A DNA stretch of 56,177 nucleotides, the filler included, from Sluysia triapertura (lineage: Eukaryota): assembly GCA_046118255.1 (NCBI GenBank). It is 4 parts of 4 records of this genome, joined end to end, with 100 filler letters (N's around TTAATTAATTAA, not from the genome) between each part and the next. Parts side by side here need not be neighbours in the genome. Positions count along the whole stretch, not along the records: positions 45,394 to 56,177 come from JBJNIA010193516.1; 3 more parts are not named here. One strand, written 5' to 3'. Positions 53,881 to 56,177 of the stretch are shown in pieces. The notes under the pieces are model-generated. The model searched no databases. It was not told where the DNA came from and was given only the letters and a program-made list of their open reading frames with translations. The first letter of the stretch is position 1, and each line of letters starts with the position of its first letter. Both the position numbers and the translations under genes were made by a program.

Positions 53881-54559
53881 GCTAATATAAGACGAATATA
53901 CGATATCAATGAGTGAATAATACAAAACAGAATGATGTAATTTTTATGAAACACCACAAATGATTAAGCCAATAAATGATTATAAACTATTAAATTGTGG
54001 CAATTAATTGTAAAAAATTTCTAATTACTATAAAACACAGAATAACTGTAATAATAGACTGTTGCATTGTATAGTAAACTGTTAACTGCATTAATAAATT
54101 TGATGATAATTCTTTTTACTACTATGAGTGGCCGCCCAATCAAAACACGAAAAGCAAATAATATTGATAATTTCAATTGTGCAGTCACCAAAATAATCAG
54201 ATATATTGATAGATCATAAATGTAATGAGCTGTCATAAGTCGACAGTTAGTAAAGCAAAATTAATTGATTAAAATTACCTGTCGATTGATGGCAAGTTAA
54301 CTAATAAACAACTTTTTGTGTGTTGAATAAATAACCACTATCAGTAGTGACATTAAACTATAATTGTGAATTAATGATGTCACCACTGGTAGTGGTAGTT
54401 ACACAGTTGATAAATAAATAAAATAATTATTTAAAATAATGAAAAATAAAAATGATAATAGTAATAATAATATAAAATTTATTAAAATGAAAAATTAAAA
54501 TGGTAAAGTATTAATTAAAAAACAAATCTTTTATTAATTCTTTTATTTCTTGACATATT

Positions 54560-55131
54560 TGAAATTCTTGAACTTAATGTCTCTAAATGTCTAAAAGGTT
54601 AAATGTTAGGATATTATGTTAGGATAATTATGTTACCAATTAATGCCACGCATTTTCAATGAAATTTAACTGTGTAGTTGTGATTCTAATGTTATAAGAT
54701 GTGTAAAAGGTTTTAAACGAATTTTTAAATGCTATTTAATGGTTTTAACTGAAGATAAGTTTGGGTGTTGAAAACTTGTGACTTAAGTGTTTTGAGATAA
54801 AATATAAATGTTTTATGTGAAGTTTTAAATATATATTGATGTTTTGAATGAAAGTAATGTTTGGATGTTAGAAAATTGTGATTTTAAAATGTATTGTAAA
54901 GAGAATGGTTTAGTGGATGTGAAGAAGGTAAATTATAGCTTAGGTTTTGGTACATTCTAAAAAGGTAATTGTGTGATGTTGAAAAATATGATTAAGATTA
55001 TGTTGACATGAGATTATATGTAGAAATGTTTTTAATGAATCTTTAAAATGTATATTGTAGATTTTGAATGTGAGTGTGGTTTTATGTGGTGGCATGATAA
55101 AATTTATAACAGTAATAGGTTGGCCACCACA
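54560..55131 (-). repeat. Dispersed C/A-rich repeat starting TGTGGTGGCCAACC (minus copy)
   Basis: TGTGGTGGCCAACCTATTACT identical to 46080-46100. Confidence 0.75.
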
Positions 55132-55510
55132 TTCCAGGTGAAGAGAGAGGTGTTGATAATGTATCATAAGGAATAGAATCATAAATATTGTGAAGAATGA
55201 TGATATCATCGGTGGCATTGACATTGTAAAACAAAGACATAAATCACATTGTTTTATTATTTGAATTAACATAATTTATATTATTTAACATTTATTTTAT
55301 TATTTGAATTAAATTACATATATTCATTTTAGTATATTATTTATAGACTGTGTTTTATTAAATTATTTATTTTTATTAAATCGAAGAAATAAAACTAAAA
55401 TTAATTTAATTAGATAAAATAAAATAAATTTAAACTAAAATTAAACATTTAAATTTTTATTAAATTAAAATTAAATATTTACTTTGTTTAAATGAATTGT
55501 TTGCTTAAAT

Positions 55511-56177
55511 GAATATGGCGACCGTGAATTTTGTATCTGAGAGAAGTGATGCTAATAGAATAAAAGAAGTTAAGTATGTGAGTCCACCAACGTAATGGAT
55601 TTACCTGCTAGGGCCAGTCGTTGGATTTCTATAAGATTTAAAAAGGTTAACGAAATAACTTAATGCAAGCCTAAAGGCTTAATAAATTGAACTCTGGAGG
55701 TATTCTGAAAAACAAATTTAAATGAGTAATTTAAATAGTATTTTTCGTAAAATCCTATAAAAGGATTCGTAATAAATGTATTTTTCGTGGTCAGAATTAA
55801 ATTCTGACGAAATCTTTGATGTACGTGTAGATTTTTGATTTTAAAGCTATAAAAATTAATATAAAATAACAAAATATTTTTGTTTTGCAAGTTATATTAT
55901 TCAAAATTTATACAAAAATTCTTTAAAGAATATAATACAAATAAAATAATTATGTTGATCAATAATAAAATAATAAAGTCAATACTTTATCTTATGCAAA
56001 AATTTTTAGAAAACGTATTTTTCGTTGGAATCGTTAAAAGATTTCACAATATTATTAAAATAGTTTAAGTTATATTTTTCTAAGATACACGAGGGTATCG
56101 ATCCTTATACAAAATAAACTAACGATAAGTTATTCTAAAATAGTTTAAAATCAATCCGTGATTGTCTCGCGAAGAGG
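55511..56177 (+). repeat. Dispersed 'alpha' family element, long copy
   Basis: GAAGTGATGCT 55543-55553, ATGTGAGTCC 55576-55585, AGGGCCAGTCGT 55610-55621; colinear with 1-665; several perfect hairpins. Confidence 0.8.

Overview
Very AT-rich eukaryotic scaffold (roughly 75-80% AT by eye) with five assembly gaps. It has spliced genes with GTTAGT/GTAAGT donors and Asn/Ser-rich low-complexity protein, consistent with an invertebrate animal; a flatworm is a guess. Recognisable host genes: last exon of a TBC1D15/17-like gene (+), four phase-consistent 3' exons of LRP2BP (-), a BEN-domain (NACC-like) exon (-), one beta-hexosaminidase exon (-) and four laminin-alpha-like coiled-coil exons (+). Decayed gene copies: STT3, TRNT1 (CCA-adding enzyme), a LIM domain and probably PRPS. 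Mobile DNA: a mariner relic, two piggyBac-type MITEs, a hAT deletion derivative with a perfect 8-bp TSD, LINE RT fragments and a tRNA-derived repeat. The main unexplained signal is a highly diverged dispersed family (here 'alpha', about 300-700 nt, roughly 20+ copies, tandem and inverted). It has short conserved GC-containing blocks (GAAGTGATGCT, ATGTGAGTCC, AGGGCCAGTCGT, GGGCTTAAGGCCC) and position-matched hairpins with compensatory changes. It carries unexpectedly long stop-free ORFs on both strands and merges in frame into host-gene fragments. Colinear copies sit at the very start and very end of the window. All alignments were done by eye, so copy boundaries are approximate.
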